Source: Maridesulfovibrio sp. (GTDB lineage: Bacteria; Desulfobacterota; Desulfovibrionia; Desulfovibrionales; Desulfovibrionaceae). From it: a DNA stretch of 64,000 bases. Numbering within the stretch: position 1 is the stretch's first letter; each line of letters begins with the position of its first letter. Under the pieces are notes generated by a model that saw nothing but the letters and a program-made list of their open reading frames with translations, had not been told where the DNA came from and did not search any database. Location of the stretch: NCBI GenBank assembly GCA_963676495.2, contig CAXXRF010000002.1, positions 172,626 through 236,625 on the forward strand. Direction: 5' to 3'. Made by a program: the position numbers and the translations under genes. This document shows positions 20,276-30,689 of this stretch, one piece after another.

Positions 20276-20896
20276 CTAGCGGTGAGGCTCAAGTTCCTTG
20301 AGGAATTCTTCGGATACGGAGAAGCCGGTTTCGATGGCTTTGTCAACGCATTCCACTGCTTTCTTGAAATCTTCCTTTTCAACGTAGCACAGAGCAAGGT
20401 TGTTCCATGCGGGACCGAAGTTTTCAGCAAGCTTGAGGGCTTTTTCGCAGACTTCGATGCAATCATCGAGTTCGCCTTCATTGAAGTATGCGGCGCCAAG
20501 GGTGGAAAGGGCCTGTACGAAGTTGGGGTCGTACTTGATAGCGCGTTTCAGGGCTTTGATGGCCTTGTCTGTGTCACCCTGCTCCATGTAGATGTAGCCG
20601 ATGTTACCCCAGGGTACTGCGAAGAAAGGACGCTGCTGGGTAGCAGTGATGTTGTAGCGCAGACAGCCGTCAAGATCGCCGCGCTGCAGCGCGATACCGC
20701 CGAGCTGTACGTAAGCTTCAGCCATTTTGGGGGACTCATCGATGGCAGCAAGGAACTCACGCTCAGCTTCCATGAAGTCTCTTTTGGAAAGGTAGGCAAC
20801 GCCGAGGTTGTAGCGGGTGTTGCTACAGGTCGGGCTGGCTTCTTTTTTCTTTTTCAGGTCGGCAATATAATCATCGATATTATCAAACTTCTGCAT
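20276..20896 (-). CDS. TPR repeat protein
   Basis: Multiple TPRs (YNLGVAY, WGNIGYIY, WNNLALCY). Confidence 0.9.
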   Translation of the reverse strand: MQKFDNIDDYIADLKKKKEASPTCSNTRYNLGVAYLSKRDFMEAEREFLAAIDESPKMAEAYVQLGGIALQRGDLDGCLRYNITATQQRPFFAVPWGNIGYIYMEQGDTDKAIKALKRAIKYDPNFVQALSTLGAAYFNEGELDDCIEVCEKALKLAENFGPAWNNLALCYVEKEDFKKAVECVDKAIETGFSVSEEFLKELEPHR

Positions 20897-20954
20897 GGGA
20901 TAAACCTCTTATATTTAAAAACGTTCTGCTTTTGGCTATGGTAAACAGCGGCGC

Positions 20955-21302
20955 CTAGGGCTTTTTGCCTTCTTTTGCGAGCATTTCGTTGTACCACACA
21001 CAAAAATCAAAAATGGGGCGTACCTTCTCAAAGTTCATGACCAGCATAACGCCGAACTCGGCCGCGGCCTGAGCATATTCGGAGTTGCGGTTAGCATGAA
21101 CTTCACGGATGAATTCCTCGCAGAGCTGCTGGGAGGTCCTTCCTGTCACGTCCTGTCTAAGGTCGATGGGATCGAAAGGTTTCGCAAAGGGGTCCCATTC
21201 ATCATATCCGATCTTGTCGACAAACCTGCGCCGGCGCGGCGAAAGCTTCTCGTACATGTATCGTTTTTGTACTTCAATTTCTTCCGGTGAAAGAGTGCCC
21301 AC
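20955..21302 (-). CDS. Conserved hypothetical protein
   Basis: Lies in the operon, has an AGGAG RBS; MYEKLSPRRRRFVDKIGYDEWDPF resembles Desulfovibrio conserved proteins. Confidence 0.7.
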   Translation of the reverse strand: MGTLSPEEIEVQKRYMYEKLSPRRRRFVDKIGYDEWDPFAKPFDPIDLRQDVTGRTSQQLCEEFIREVHANRNSEYAQAAAEFGVMLVMNFEKVRPIFDFCVWYNEMLAKEGKKP

Positions 21303-21335
21303 TTTAAATCTCCTTTATGAGTTACAGCCTGCTGG

Positions 21336-22103
21336 CTATTTCTCTTTCAATGAACCGAGTTCTACGGAGTAGTTGCAGGTTGCGCATGCGGATTTATCCT
21401 GGTCGCAGCCGTTGCATTCTTCGGAAGGAGCGGCAGGGGCTTCTTCTTTTGGAGCTTCGCCGGTGTTGGCTCCCAGATATTCGGGAGTGTAATCGGTAAC
21501 CAGAGCCATGGATACGGGCACCAGAACTTCCGGAAGCTCGCGCAGGCGGGAGTTGATGGACGCAGTCAGTTCTTCACTGAGTTCCATGAGTTTGGACTGC
21601 AGGGTATCCATGTTGATGGTGGGGTAGGATTTGCCCGGAGCAAAGCCGGACTTCTGGCAGGAGTGAGCCTGTCCCCCGATATTCATGGGCACGCCGTAGA
21701 TACGACAGGTCAGCGGGCGGGCATCGTAAATCGCACAGAGGTTCTCTTCCAGAAGCAGCGGACAGCGCACGCGGGCGGTGGATACTTCTTTGAGGATTTC
21801 AGCGGCGGGAGTTCCTGCCTGGCTTGCCTTGAAAGCGCGGCGTTTGATCTTGTGGACCTGACGGTCTGCAACATCAGCCTTCTGCATGATGTCAGAACGT
21901 TGAAGGCCACTGTATTTTTCGTTGAACTTGCGGTTGACGTAGATCGCTTCAATCAGGGTCAGGTCGAAAAGAGCGTGACAACAGTCACTGCATCCTTTCC
22001 CGCATTTGATGCCGTCATCTGTCTGTTCAGCGATTTTATTGAAAGCTTTGTCCACCTCTGCGACAAGTGCTTCATATTTTTCAAAAATTTCTTTGAACTC
22101 CAA
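21336..22103 (-). CDS. YkgJ family cysteine-cluster protein (CxxCxxCC)
   Basis: CGKGCSDCC, RCPLL and CAIYDARPLTCRIYG motifs. Confidence 0.9.
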   Translation of the reverse strand: MEFKEIFEKYEALVAEVDKAFNKIAEQTDDGIKCGKGCSDCCHALFDLTLIEAIYVNRKFNEKYSGLQRSDIMQKADVADRQVHKIKRRAFKASQAGTPAAEILKEVSTARVRCPLLLEENLCAIYDARPLTCRIYGVPMNIGGQAHSCQKSGFAPGKSYPTINMDTLQSKLMELSEELTASINSRLRELPEVLVPVSMALVTDYTPEYLGANTGEAPKEEAPAAPSEECNGCDQDKSACATCNYSVELGSLKEK

Positions 22104-22387
22104 GGTAAAACCTCCGTATGCATATATATGGTCAGAGAGTTTGGCGCGAAAAAAGCGTAAACTCGTATAACTTAAGTCTTAATGTTCAGCAGTCAATCGC
22201 CTGCGTGAAAATATTTATCGGTTTTATGCTGTGCGCATCCCGCAAAAGTGCGCATCATTGTTTCCGGTCCTGACCCGGGGCCGGAGCGGCGCATTAAAAA
22301 CAAGGAAGGAGAAGTGAGAGGGCGAAAAAGAATTTAAGCTCCGGCAGGATTTGGGTGCTGCTGATTTTTCAGGCGCTAATTAAAGAG

Positions 22388-22422
22388 CAGGCGGGAATCC
22401 GGTATAACCATGATCCCCGCCC
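22388..22422 (-). terminator. Probable terminator after ferredoxin
   Basis: GGCGGGGATC...GATTCCCGCC stem followed by TGCTCTTT on the minus strand. Confidence 0.5.
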
Positions 22423-22449
22423 TAAAGCTTCTCTACAAAGAAGAGTTTT

Positions 22450-22638
22450 CTACTGCTCTTCGATGGTGATAGCGTCCTGCTCGCAAACTTCGATGCAGGA
22501 TTCGCAGCCGAGACATTCGTCTTCGTTAACTGCTACTGCTTTGTTGTCCTGAAGTTCGTAAACTTCGGTAGGACATACATCAACGCATTCGCCGTCGCCA
22601 TTACATTTGTCAGTGTCGATAGTGATAACGTAGCTCAT
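22450..22638 (-). CDS. Ferredoxin (4Fe-4S type, 62 aa)
   Basis: CNGDGECVDVCP and CLGCESCIEVC; start MSYVIT after GGAGG. Confidence 0.92.
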   Translation of the reverse strand: MSYVITIDTDKCNGDGECVDVCPTEVYELQDNKAVAVNEDECLGCESCIEVCEQDAITIEEQ

Positions 22639-22980
22639 AGTGTTACCCTCCAAAAAGATTGAATTTTTTTTCAGCCTCTGATCGTCTGCGTACACTATGC
22701 CATGGGCCGACGCAGTTTATTACTTTGGTTTGCCGGACAATCCCGACCAACACCCCGACACAGGGCTATTGGAATTGGGATATCTACAACCCCTGCCCAT
22801 GTCAAGAAGGCAGTACCTAAAAAGTGCAATAAAGATCGTGTCTGAGCATGTTCGTTAGAGTTTGAATTTTATTATCATTTGGTATGAAACTGATTATTCT
22901 GGTCTCAATGGATGACTTTGGCCGCACATTTATTTAATAGAAACATGTATTCATAATTATAAAATGATTCAGGAGTAGTT

Positions 22981-24180
22981 ATGCTGACCAAAGAACAGCT
23001 CGATAAATATGTGGAAGCCCTGTGGTGGGGTCTGACAACTTCTAGGACCAAGCCCTATGAAAAGGGTGACATGATCATGATCCGCTATGAAGTGGAAGCC
23101 CTGCCGCTTGCAGAAGCAGTTTTCAAGAGACTTATTGACGAAGGAATGAATCCTGTACCGAGGCTTTCCCTTTCACCTGAAATGGAGAAGAGTTTCTACG
23201 GACGCGGCAACGATGAACAGCTTGAGTTCATTGCGCCCGGTGACAAGGAGTTTACCGAAGGCCTGAGCGGACTCATTGTGCTGCTGGCTCCGGCTTCCCT
23301 GACCCATCTTGCAGATGTGGACCCCGGTCGTATCGGCAAATGCGCAGTGGCACGCAAGTTTCTGCGCGATATTATGGAAGGGCGCGAACAGAAGGGCGAG
23401 CTGGGATGGACCCTTTGCTCCTATCCTACCAAGGCGCTGGCGGAGTCCGCCGGGCTGTCCATGGAAGATTTCACTGCCCAGATAGTCAAGGCCTGCTATC
23501 TCGATGATGAAGATCCTGCCGCAAGCTGGAAGGGTGTTTTTGACAAGGCCGCCGAAGTCAAAAGCTGGCTCAACGGCCTTGGTATCGAGTCCTACCGTGT
23601 TGTTACAGACGACATGGACCTGACTGTGAAGCACGGGGAGCTGCGTCAGTGGATCGGCGTTTCCGGGCACAATATCCCGAGCTTTGAACTGTTTATTTCT
23701 CCGGACTGGCGCGGAACCGAAGGCGTTTATTACGCTGACCAGCCGTCATTTCGTTCCGGTAACTATGTTGAAGGTGTGCGTCTTGTCTTCAAGGACGGCG
23801 TTGCTACTGAAATCAGCGCCAAGCAGGGCGAGGAGTTCGTCAGGAAGCAGCTGGGCATGGATGAAGGGGCTTCCCGTCTGGGCGAGTTCTCCCTAACCGA
23901 CCGTCGTTTCTCCCGTATCGACAAATTCATGGCCAACACTCTTTATGATGAGAACTACGGCGGTGAGTTCGGTAACTGCCACGTAGCAGTTGGTTCCTCC
24001 TACGCTGATACCTATGCCGGTAATCAGGAAGAGCTTGATAAAGCTAAAAAGGAAGAACTCGGCTACAACATTTCCGCTCTGCACTGGGATCTGGTAAACA
24101 CTCAGGACAAGACTGTTTACGCCAAACTTAAGGACGGCAGTGAAGTTGTGATCTACAAGTCCGGTGAGTTTCAGATTTAA
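22981..24180 (+). CDS. Aminopeptidase, M29 (thermophilic metalloprotease) family
   Basis: NIPSFELF, RLGEFSL, LYDEN, CHVAVG and SALHWDL motifs. Confidence 0.9.
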   Translation: MLTKEQLDKYVEALWWGLTTSRTKPYEKGDMIMIRYEVEALPLAEAVFKRLIDEGMNPVPRLSLSPEMEKSFYGRGNDEQLEFIAPGDKEFTEGLSGLIVLLAPASLTHLADVDPGRIGKCAVARKFLRDIMEGREQKGELGWTLCSYPTKALAESAGLSMEDFTAQIVKACYLDDEDPAASWKGVFDKAAEVKSWLNGLGIESYRVVTDDMDLTVKHGELRQWIGVSGHNIPSFELFISPDWRGTEGVYYADQPSFRSGNYVEGVRLVFKDGVATEISAKQGEEFVRKQLGMDEGASRLGEFSLTDRRFSRIDKFMANTLYDENYGGEFGNCHVAVGSSYADTYAGNQEELDKAKKEELGYNISALHWDLVNTQDKTVYAKLKDGSEVVIYKSGEFQI

Positions 24181-24410
24181 TTGACGCGCTTTACGTTTTT
24201 GGCGGTGTGGACGCCGTTTACGGCGGCTTCACTTTCTCTGCAAAAGTTATAGTATCTAATGGACTTTGCAGGGATCTCGCCGCAGCAAGCGAAAATCGGC
24301 ATTGAGCTGGGGTTGTTAAGAACACCCGTTGATTGAATGTCCTGATTGTCGTTTAATTATAAATGCCGGTGAATCCAATCGTAATCCGCCGCAAATTGAT
24401 ACTGTTGATG

Positions 24411-24447
24411 AAAAGGCTTACGTTCAGGTTAACGTAAGCCTTTTTTT
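24411..24447 (+). terminator. Rho-independent terminator
   Basis: AAAAGGCTTACGTT-caggtt-AACGTAAGCC-TTTTTTT. Confidence 0.8.
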
Positions 24448-24474
24448 GTGTCTGGATTTTTTTTCGGAGGGATA

Positions 24475-25173
24475 ATGGAAAATAAGCTTTATACCTATTT
24501 TGCGCACGAGTATGCCGAAAGGATCCGAAGCAATATTTATAACTCCCTTTATGAGCGGCCCTCATTGCTGGCATTACTGCCCGCCCTCAGGGGAAAGAGG
24601 CTGCTGGATCTGGGATGCGGTTCCGGTGAGTATTCCGAGTATTTTCTGGAGCAGGGCGCGGAGGTGACAGCGCTTGATATTTCGGTGGAGATGATAGAGA
24701 TCATGCGTGAGCGTTTCGGGGGGCGGCTGAAATGCTACGAGCATGATTTTTCCTTGGGGTTGCCGCATGAGGAGAGTGATTCTTTTGATGTGGTCGTAAG
24801 CGCACTGGCCATTCATTATATTAAAGATCTGGGAAGGCTTTTTTCTGATATAGGTCGTGTGCTGAAAAGGGGCGGGCAGTTCGTTTTCTCCACACACCAT
24901 CCCATGCAGGATTTCAACTCTTCAGTATCCGGCAATTATTTTGACACCGAATTACTGACACAGGAATGGGATACGATCGGCAGGCCGGTGCAGGTCTCCT
25001 TTTATCGTCGCCCGCTTGAGCAGCTGATGGCCAGTATTGTTGAGTCCGGGCTTGTTGTTACCGGGGTGAGCGAAGGAAAACCCCGCAAGGACATTGAACG
25101 GATAGATCCTGCGGTATATGAGCGGCTTTCTAAACGGCCCCTGTTTCTGTTTGTAAGCTGTGAAAAAGTCTGA
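24475..25173 (+). CDS. Class I SAM-dependent methyltransferase
   Basis: LLDLGCGSG, ALDIS, FDVVVSALAIHY and FSTHHP motifs; GGAGG RBS. Confidence 0.9.
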   Translation: MENKLYTYFAHEYAERIRSNIYNSLYERPSLLALLPALRGKRLLDLGCGSGEYSEYFLEQGAEVTALDISVEMIEIMRERFGGRLKCYEHDFSLGLPHEESDSFDVVVSALAIHYIKDLGRLFSDIGRVLKRGGQFVFSTHHPMQDFNSSVSGNYFDTELLTQEWDTIGRPVQVSFYRRPLEQLMASIVESGLVVTGVSEGKPRKDIERIDPAVYERLSKRPLFLFVSCEKV

Positions 25174-25205
25174 AAAGAATGACAGATTCTGTTTTGTACT
25201 GAATG

Positions 25206-25240
25206 AAAATCCCCGGCAGGCTATGCCTCCGGGGATTTTT
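25206..25240. terminator. Bidirectional terminator
   Basis: AAAATCCCCGG-caggctatgcct-CCGGGGATTTTT. Confidence 0.8.
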
Positions 25241-25585
25241 GCTGATAATATCTGAAGGGCTGATTTGAATGTTTGAGGCGATTTAATGTGTGCCTGTCTC
25301 TGCGTACAAACCGGCAACGCTGCGCAGAAATTTTTTGCTTCCTCAAAGCCTTTTTGCAAGATGGCTACTGTCTCGGCTCCGCAATAAGGGTGGCATCCGG
25401 GATTATCTGCAGGCCAAAACCTGAAGCTGGCAGGGATTCCAAAGCTCCGGCAGCTGTCAGGCAGGACTTCCTGCTTCGAGTCCTGCGGATATGGAGCAGA
25501 GAGCATCAAGCTGCGGACTTGCAGGCCTCACCGCCGCTTAGCTGACCTTCAGGTTGCGCGGCCTGTTGAGAACAGACGCCGGGCA

Positions 25586-26401
25586 TTAAAACTTAACGTA
25601 AAGCCTGATTCCGGACATGTAGAATTTGTTTTTGGGCTCAACAACCTGAGCGTTGCTGCCTCCGTAAAGCACGGTATCCTTGTTTGATTCATCAATGTGC
25701 CAGTAACGGAAGTAAGGCTCAAGGCCGAGGGAATATCCGTCGAGATCCTTTTCAAGAAAAGCGGATATGCGCATGCCTGCACCGGATGCGAAGTCCTGAT
25801 CGTTCTCAGCATCACTGTAGGCCGGGCTTACCTGTGACAGCTTGCTCTTTACTGTGCCGCTTAAAAGCAGGTCGCCTTCCAGATTTCCGCCGATGGACCA
25901 GCCGTCATCCATGTGATTGATGATGTTCACACCTACCGGAAGATAGTACTGGTTGATAAAACGTTCGTATCCGCCGGAGGTTTTGATCTTGTCATACCAG
26001 TGGCGCACTCCGATACCAACGTACGGGGTTATTCCCGTATTTCCGCGACTGAAACCGATACCTACAGTGGCCCGTCCGCTGATAAAGTAATCATCGTTGT
26101 CAGCGGTGGCTTTGGTCCCGTCGCTGTACTGCCCGTCATAGCTGAGTGAACCGACTAGTCCTTCAAGCTCCGCATTGGCCATGATGTTGTATTCGGTAAA
26201 GTATCCGGTCCAGATTCCGAATGCCCCGTTCAGGACTCCTTTTTCATGCATCACGTCCGGTTCATCGTAATACATGTACATTCCCTGATAGCCGAGCTTG
26301 AATTCGCTGGCGGGGAAGAGCTCTTTCTGATCTGCATAGGCAGATGAGCAGAAGAGCAGCATAAGTCCGGTGATGAGGAAAATTAATTTTCTTTTAAGCA
26401 T
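25586..26401 (-). CDS. Outer-membrane beta-barrel protein
   Basis: Signal peptide (AYA), alternating amphipathic strands, C-terminal F (RLYVKF). Confidence 0.75.
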   Translation of the reverse strand: MLKRKLIFLITGLMLLFCSSAYADQKELFPASEFKLGYQGMYMYYDEPDVMHEKGVLNGAFGIWTGYFTEYNIMANAELEGLVGSLSYDGQYSDGTKATADNDDYFISGRATVGIGFSRGNTGITPYVGIGVRHWYDKIKTSGGYERFINQYYLPVGVNIINHMDDGWSIGGNLEGDLLLSGTVKSKLSQVSPAYSDAENDQDFASGAGMRISAFLEKDLDGYSLGLEPYFRYWHIDESNKDTVLYGGSNAQVVEPKNKFYMSGIRLYVKF

Positions 26402-27000
26402 GAGTTCATGAACATATCGATTAAAGATTCAGATTGCTGTTCAATATTAACTTCCTGCGGGAAGAAAAGCGTATACTGGGCAAGTCCTAGCAGGGTGGAG
26501 AAATATTGTGCTGCTGCAATCTTTGGGTCGAGATTATCACGGAAAACACCGTCTTTCTGGCCCTGTTCGATGATGACTTCGGCTCTCTTGATGAATTTGA
26601 ATTCATATTCCCTGAATTTCATCTTAAAGGGCATCAGTTCTTCAGACCATTCGGTCTTGTTGAACATGATTCCGAAGGCTGCACGGAAATTTTCATCCCC
26701 GCCTGCGTGTGTAAGCCAAACACGCATCAGGCTGGAGATCATCTCTTTAGGAGGAAGATCCTCTTCGAATTTACTGAATAACAGATCGCGGACAGGCATG
26801 AACGCATAGTCAAACAGGTTTTCAAAAAGGTCTGTCTTGTTCTTGAAATGCCAGTAAACAGCTCCGCGGGTAACTCCGGCGTCTTCTGCAATGTCCTGTA
26901 ACGTGGTTTTTGCATAGCCTTTTTCATTAAATACCTTGAAAGCAGAGGCCAACAGTGCCTGCCGGGTCTTTTCCGCTTCCTCTTTTGTCTTTCTTGCCAT
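26383..27000 (-). CDS. TetR/AcrR family regulator
   Basis: MARKTKEEAEKTRQ...IAEDAGVTRGAVYWHFKNK. Confidence 0.92.
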   Translation of the reverse strand: MARKTKEEAEKTRQALLASAFKVFNEKGYAKTTLQDIAEDAGVTRGAVYWHFKNKTDLFENLFDYAFMPVRDLLFSKFEEDLPPKEMISSLMRVWLTHAGGDENFRAAFGIMFNKTEWSEELMPFKMKFREYEFKFIKRAEVIIEQGQKDGVFRDNLDPKIAAAQYFSTLLGLAQYTLFFPQEVNIEQQSESLIDMFMNSCLKEN

Positions 27001-27479
27001 TATTATATCCTGTTTATCCAATAGAGAATGATTTTGTAACCTTAAGTCACATATCTTTAGTACCGCTTGGCGGGGCTAAAGTCCAGCCGCGTATGTAAAA
27101 GTTGTGGATGTCGGTCAGTATAAACTGACGCCTGATTTATCAGTTTGGAAGAACGACCGGTCACTTATGGCGCTCAATGTTTCAGATGATGGAAGGTATG
27201 GGGATACAGTAATATTTTTCATGTCTGCTGCGCAAGGGTGTATGTGGGCACTTATTGCGGGAAGGTCCGTATCTGGGGCCGAAGTTTTCAGCTGGTATCT
27301 ACGAGTTATGGACTAAAGATAAGTATTCAGGTTCATGAAAATTGCTGACGATATAATCTTGGAGCCTGGTATAGAGGGGGCTGAATTGTAAGGAAGATGC
27401 TGCCGTAAGTAACTATTTCAGACTTAAAGTGCAGTTGTGTACGCAAATTACTGCAAAACATAGGGAAGGATAACCTGCC

Positions 27480-28136
27480 ATGAATGTAATCGCTTTTAAC
27501 GGAAGTCCGCGCAAAAAGAACTGGAACACAGTATCACTGCTGGAAAGTGCACTGAAAGGCGCAGCTGCTGAAGGTGCTGAAACCGAACTGGTAAATCTGT
27601 ATGACCTGACTTTTTCTGGTTGTATCAGCTGTTTTGCCTGTAAAAAAATCAGCCGTAAACAGGATGGAGTTTGTGCGTTGAGTGATGAACTCAGCCCGGT
27701 GCTGGAGCGGGTGAGAAATGCCGATGCCCTGATTGTAGGTACACCGGTTTATTACAGTGCAGAGTCGGCCGCGACGCGAGCACTTCTGGAACGGCTGCTG
27801 TTTCCTTACAATAACTATTCAAAAGACATGAAATCGCAATTTCCGCGAGTAATCAACACAGCTCTGATCTATACCATGAACCTGAGCCTTGAAGATGCGC
27901 AGAACTATGGATACAACCATCATTTCGAGCTTACCAGACTGATGCTCGCAAGGCATTTCGGTCCATGTGAATTGCTGGTTTCAGGAGATACATTGCAGTA
28001 CAGCGACTATTCAAAGTACGAATCCGAGAAGTTTGATGCGCAGGCCAAGATCAAAAGGAGGGAAGAGGTATTCCCCAAAGAATGTGATGAGGCATTCGAA
28101 CTTGGCAGGCGTCTCGTTGCATCTGCCGGTCTATAG
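27480..28136 (+). CDS. Flavodoxin-like iron-sulfur flavoprotein (NADPH-dependent FMN reductase family)
   Basis: NGSPRK..NT, GCISCFACK...C and GTPVY motifs. Confidence 0.88.
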   Translation: MNVIAFNGSPRKKNWNTVSLLESALKGAAAEGAETELVNLYDLTFSGCISCFACKKISRKQDGVCALSDELSPVLERVRNADALIVGTPVYYSAESAATRALLERLLFPYNNYSKDMKSQFPRVINTALIYTMNLSLEDAQNYGYNHHFELTRLMLARHFGPCELLVSGDTLQYSDYSKYESEKFDAQAKIKRREEVFPKECDEAFELGRRLVASAGL

Positions 28137-28163
28137 CCGGGCACTGTTTAGCGGCTTGAACAG

Positions 28164-28202
28164 AAAAAGTCCCCGGTTGAAGAGATTCAACCGGGGACTT
28201 TT
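28164..28202. terminator. Bidirectional terminator
   Basis: AAAAGTCCCCGGTTGAA-gaga-TTCAACCGGGGACTTTT. Confidence 0.9.
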
Positions 28203-28226
28203 AAATTCTGTTTGAGAAAGGATTTA

Positions 28227-30626
28227 CTAGAAGCGTACAGGCAGTGCTTTTTCAAGAGCTGCAAGTACTTTCTTGTGTTCCTTGTCTACAGCCTTGTCGG
28301 TCAGGGTTTTCTGACCGTGGCGGTAGGTGATGCGGAAGGATAGGTTTCTTTCATCGTCCTGTCCTTCAGGGACGAAGACGTTGACCAGTTCCACGGATTC
28401 GATCAGCGGCAGCCTGAGATCAAGGACAGCCTGCTTGATGGTCTCGGCGTGCAGGGAAACGGGACCGATGGCGGTAACGTCGCGTCTGGACGGTGGAAAG
28501 ACCGGCAGAGTCTGGAACTTGATCTTGTGGGCCATTACGATATCGCGAAGCAGGTCGGCATTAAGGTCAGCCATCCATGCTTCTTTTCTGGCGTGGTATT
28601 TGTCAGCTATATCGGCCTTGACCATACCCATAAAGCCTACTTCCTGCTCACCAAGTGACACGCTTACGCAGGGCTCAAGGTAGCTGTGATCTTCAACCAG
28701 TGCGAATGTTGCTTCGCCGAGTTTGAGATCATGGAGCAGGTGTTCAACCAGACCTTTAACATCAAGGTAGTCGGCATCGCCCTGTTCATTGGGCCATTCA
28801 GCAGCACTGCGGGGACCGTAAAGCATAATGCCCAGACGGGTCTGTTCACGGGTTTCAGTGTCGGACTCGGCGTCCTTGATGAACTTCTTGGCAATTTCGA
28901 ACACACGGATGTGGTTGTTGCCCTGAGCAAGGTTGTGGCGCACTGTGTTGAGCAGGCCGGGGGCCAGCTCGGTACGCATTACATTCTGGTCTTCACTGAG
29001 CGGGTTGGCGATGTTTACACGGCCTTCTTTGGGCAGACCCAGAAGATCGAGGTCATCGTCGCCTACAAAGCTGTAGTTGATGGCTTCGTGCAGACCTACT
29101 CCGCGGCCCCAGTTCTTGATGCGACGGTAAAAACCGTAAGGAGTTTCCGCAATAACGGATGCATCAAAAGTCTTGGAGATACGGGGAAGAACGGAAGGAA
29201 TTTTATCCATGCCGAAGTAGCGGGCCACTTCCTCATACAGGTCGGCCTCGCGTTCGAGGTCCAGTCTGTATGAAGGGGTGCTGACTTTCCAGCACTGGGC
29301 ATCGGAATCATCAACTTCAAGACCCATGAGAGTGAAAGCCTTTTTGCTGAATTCAGGCTCAAGGTCCAGACCGAGCCATGCGTTGCAGCGGGTGTGGCGG
29401 TAGTTGTGAGTGCGGTTTTCCCAGGGCTTGGGTTCGTTCTTGGCTACACCGGAAACAACTTTTGCGCCGGACAGTTCGCTCATGAGCTGAGCTGCACGAT
29501 CCATGGCAAAAGTGTTCAGCTGCTGGTCTACGCCGCGTTCGAAGCGGTAGGATGCTTCGGAGGGCAGAGCCAGACGGCGTGCAGTTTTGCGGATGGTGCC
29601 GGGACGGAAAACTGCGGATTCCAGCACCACGTTGGTGGAGCCGTCGTGAATCTCTGAGTTCATGCCGCCCATAACACCTGCTAGTGCAACCGGACGCTCG
29701 GCATCCCAGATGAGCAGGTCGCTGCCGATGAGCTTGCGTTCCTGTTCGTCGAGGGTGGTGAACTCGGTGCCTTCAGGGGCAAGGCCTACACGGATCTTGC
29801 CGCCTTTGAGCAGATCAGCATCAAAGGAGTGCAGGGGCTGGCCGAGTTCGAAAAGGATATAGTTGGTTACGTCAACAACGTTGTTGATGGGACGTACGCC
29901 TACGGACAGCAGGCGAAAGCGCATCCAGTCCGGAGACTGGGCGATCTTGGCACCCTGCAGGATTTTTGCCTGATATAGCGGGCAGAATTCGGGATCATCG
30001 ATCTCGATTTTCAGCATGTCTGCTGCATTGCCGCCGTTTTCCACCAGATTGAGTTCCGGCAGGGTCAGGGGCAGGTCGAATCCAAGGGCAACTTCACGGG
30101 CAATACCGAGGATGGACAGGCAGTCGGCACGGTTGGGGGTAACACCCAGATCCAGAACCGTATCTTCCATGTTCATGGCTTCGGTGAACTTTGCGCCGGG
30201 AGTAAGGCCCTCGGGCAGGACCATGATGCCTTCATGGCCTTCGGAGAGCTCCAGCTCGCGCTCGGAGCAGATCATACCGTGAGACTTGACGCCGCGCAGT
30301 TTGGCTTTCTTGATCTTAAGGCCGCCGGGCATGGTAACGCCCACCTTGGCAACCGGAACATTCTGGCCTTTGCCTACGTTAGGCGCGCCGCACACGATAT
30401 CAAGCAGTTCGTCTTCACCGACGTCCACTTTACAAACAGACAGTTTCTCGGCCTCGGGGTGCTTGTCGCACTCCACAACATGACCGACAACAATGTCTTT
30501 GATAGCTTCAAAAGGATTGAAAATTTCTTCAAGCTCAAGGCCGAGCATGGTCAGCCTGTCGCCAAGCTCCTGAATGCCGCCCTCGTAAGGGACGAAATCC
30601 CGCAGCCATTGCATGCTTAAAAGCAT
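28227..30626 (-). CDS. pheT: Phenylalanine-tRNA ligase beta subunit
   Basis: IVCGAPNV, SHGMICSEREL, TPNRADCLS and SYRFERGVD motifs. Confidence 0.98.
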   Translation of the reverse strand: MLLSMQWLRDFVPYEGGIQELGDRLTMLGLELEEIFNPFEAIKDIVVGHVVECDKHPEAEKLSVCKVDVGEDELLDIVCGAPNVGKGQNVPVAKVGVTMPGGLKIKKAKLRGVKSHGMICSERELELSEGHEGIMVLPEGLTPGAKFTEAMNMEDTVLDLGVTPNRADCLSILGIAREVALGFDLPLTLPELNLVENGGNAADMLKIEIDDPEFCPLYQAKILQGAKIAQSPDWMRFRLLSVGVRPINNVVDVTNYILFELGQPLHSFDADLLKGGKIRVGLAPEGTEFTTLDEQERKLIGSDLLIWDAERPVALAGVMGGMNSEIHDGSTNVVLESAVFRPGTIRKTARRLALPSEASYRFERGVDQQLNTFAMDRAAQLMSELSGAKVVSGVAKNEPKPWENRTHNYRHTRCNAWLGLDLEPEFSKKAFTLMGLEVDDSDAQCWKVSTPSYRLDLEREADLYEEVARYFGMDKIPSVLPRISKTFDASVIAETPYGFYRRIKNWGRGVGLHEAINYSFVGDDDLDLLGLPKEGRVNIANPLSEDQNVMRTELAPGLLNTVRHNLAQGNNHIRVFEIAKKFIKDAESDTETREQTRLGIMLYGPRSAAEWPNEQGDADYLDVKGLVEHLLHDLKLGEATFALVEDHSYLEPCVSVSLGEQEVGFMGMVKADIADKYHARKEAWMADLNADLLRDIVMAHKIKFQTLPVFPPSRRDVTAIGPVSLHAETIKQAVLDLRLPLIESVELVNVFVPEGQDDERNLSFRITYRHGQKTLTDKAVDKEHKKVLAALEKALPVRF

Positions 30627-30689
30627 TTGAGCCTCCAGCAGTCTTTTATATATAGACCGCAGATCTTATTAGTTATGAAAGCTGAACAG

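Noticed and set aside
24952-25585. 185-aa minus-strand ORF and neighbouring short ORFs
   Set aside because: Crosses a terminator and the convergent gene and has no motifs; at most an unrecognisable remnant
27104-27316. 70-aa ORF in the tetR/flavoprotein intergenic region
   Set aside because: No RBS or recognisable homology
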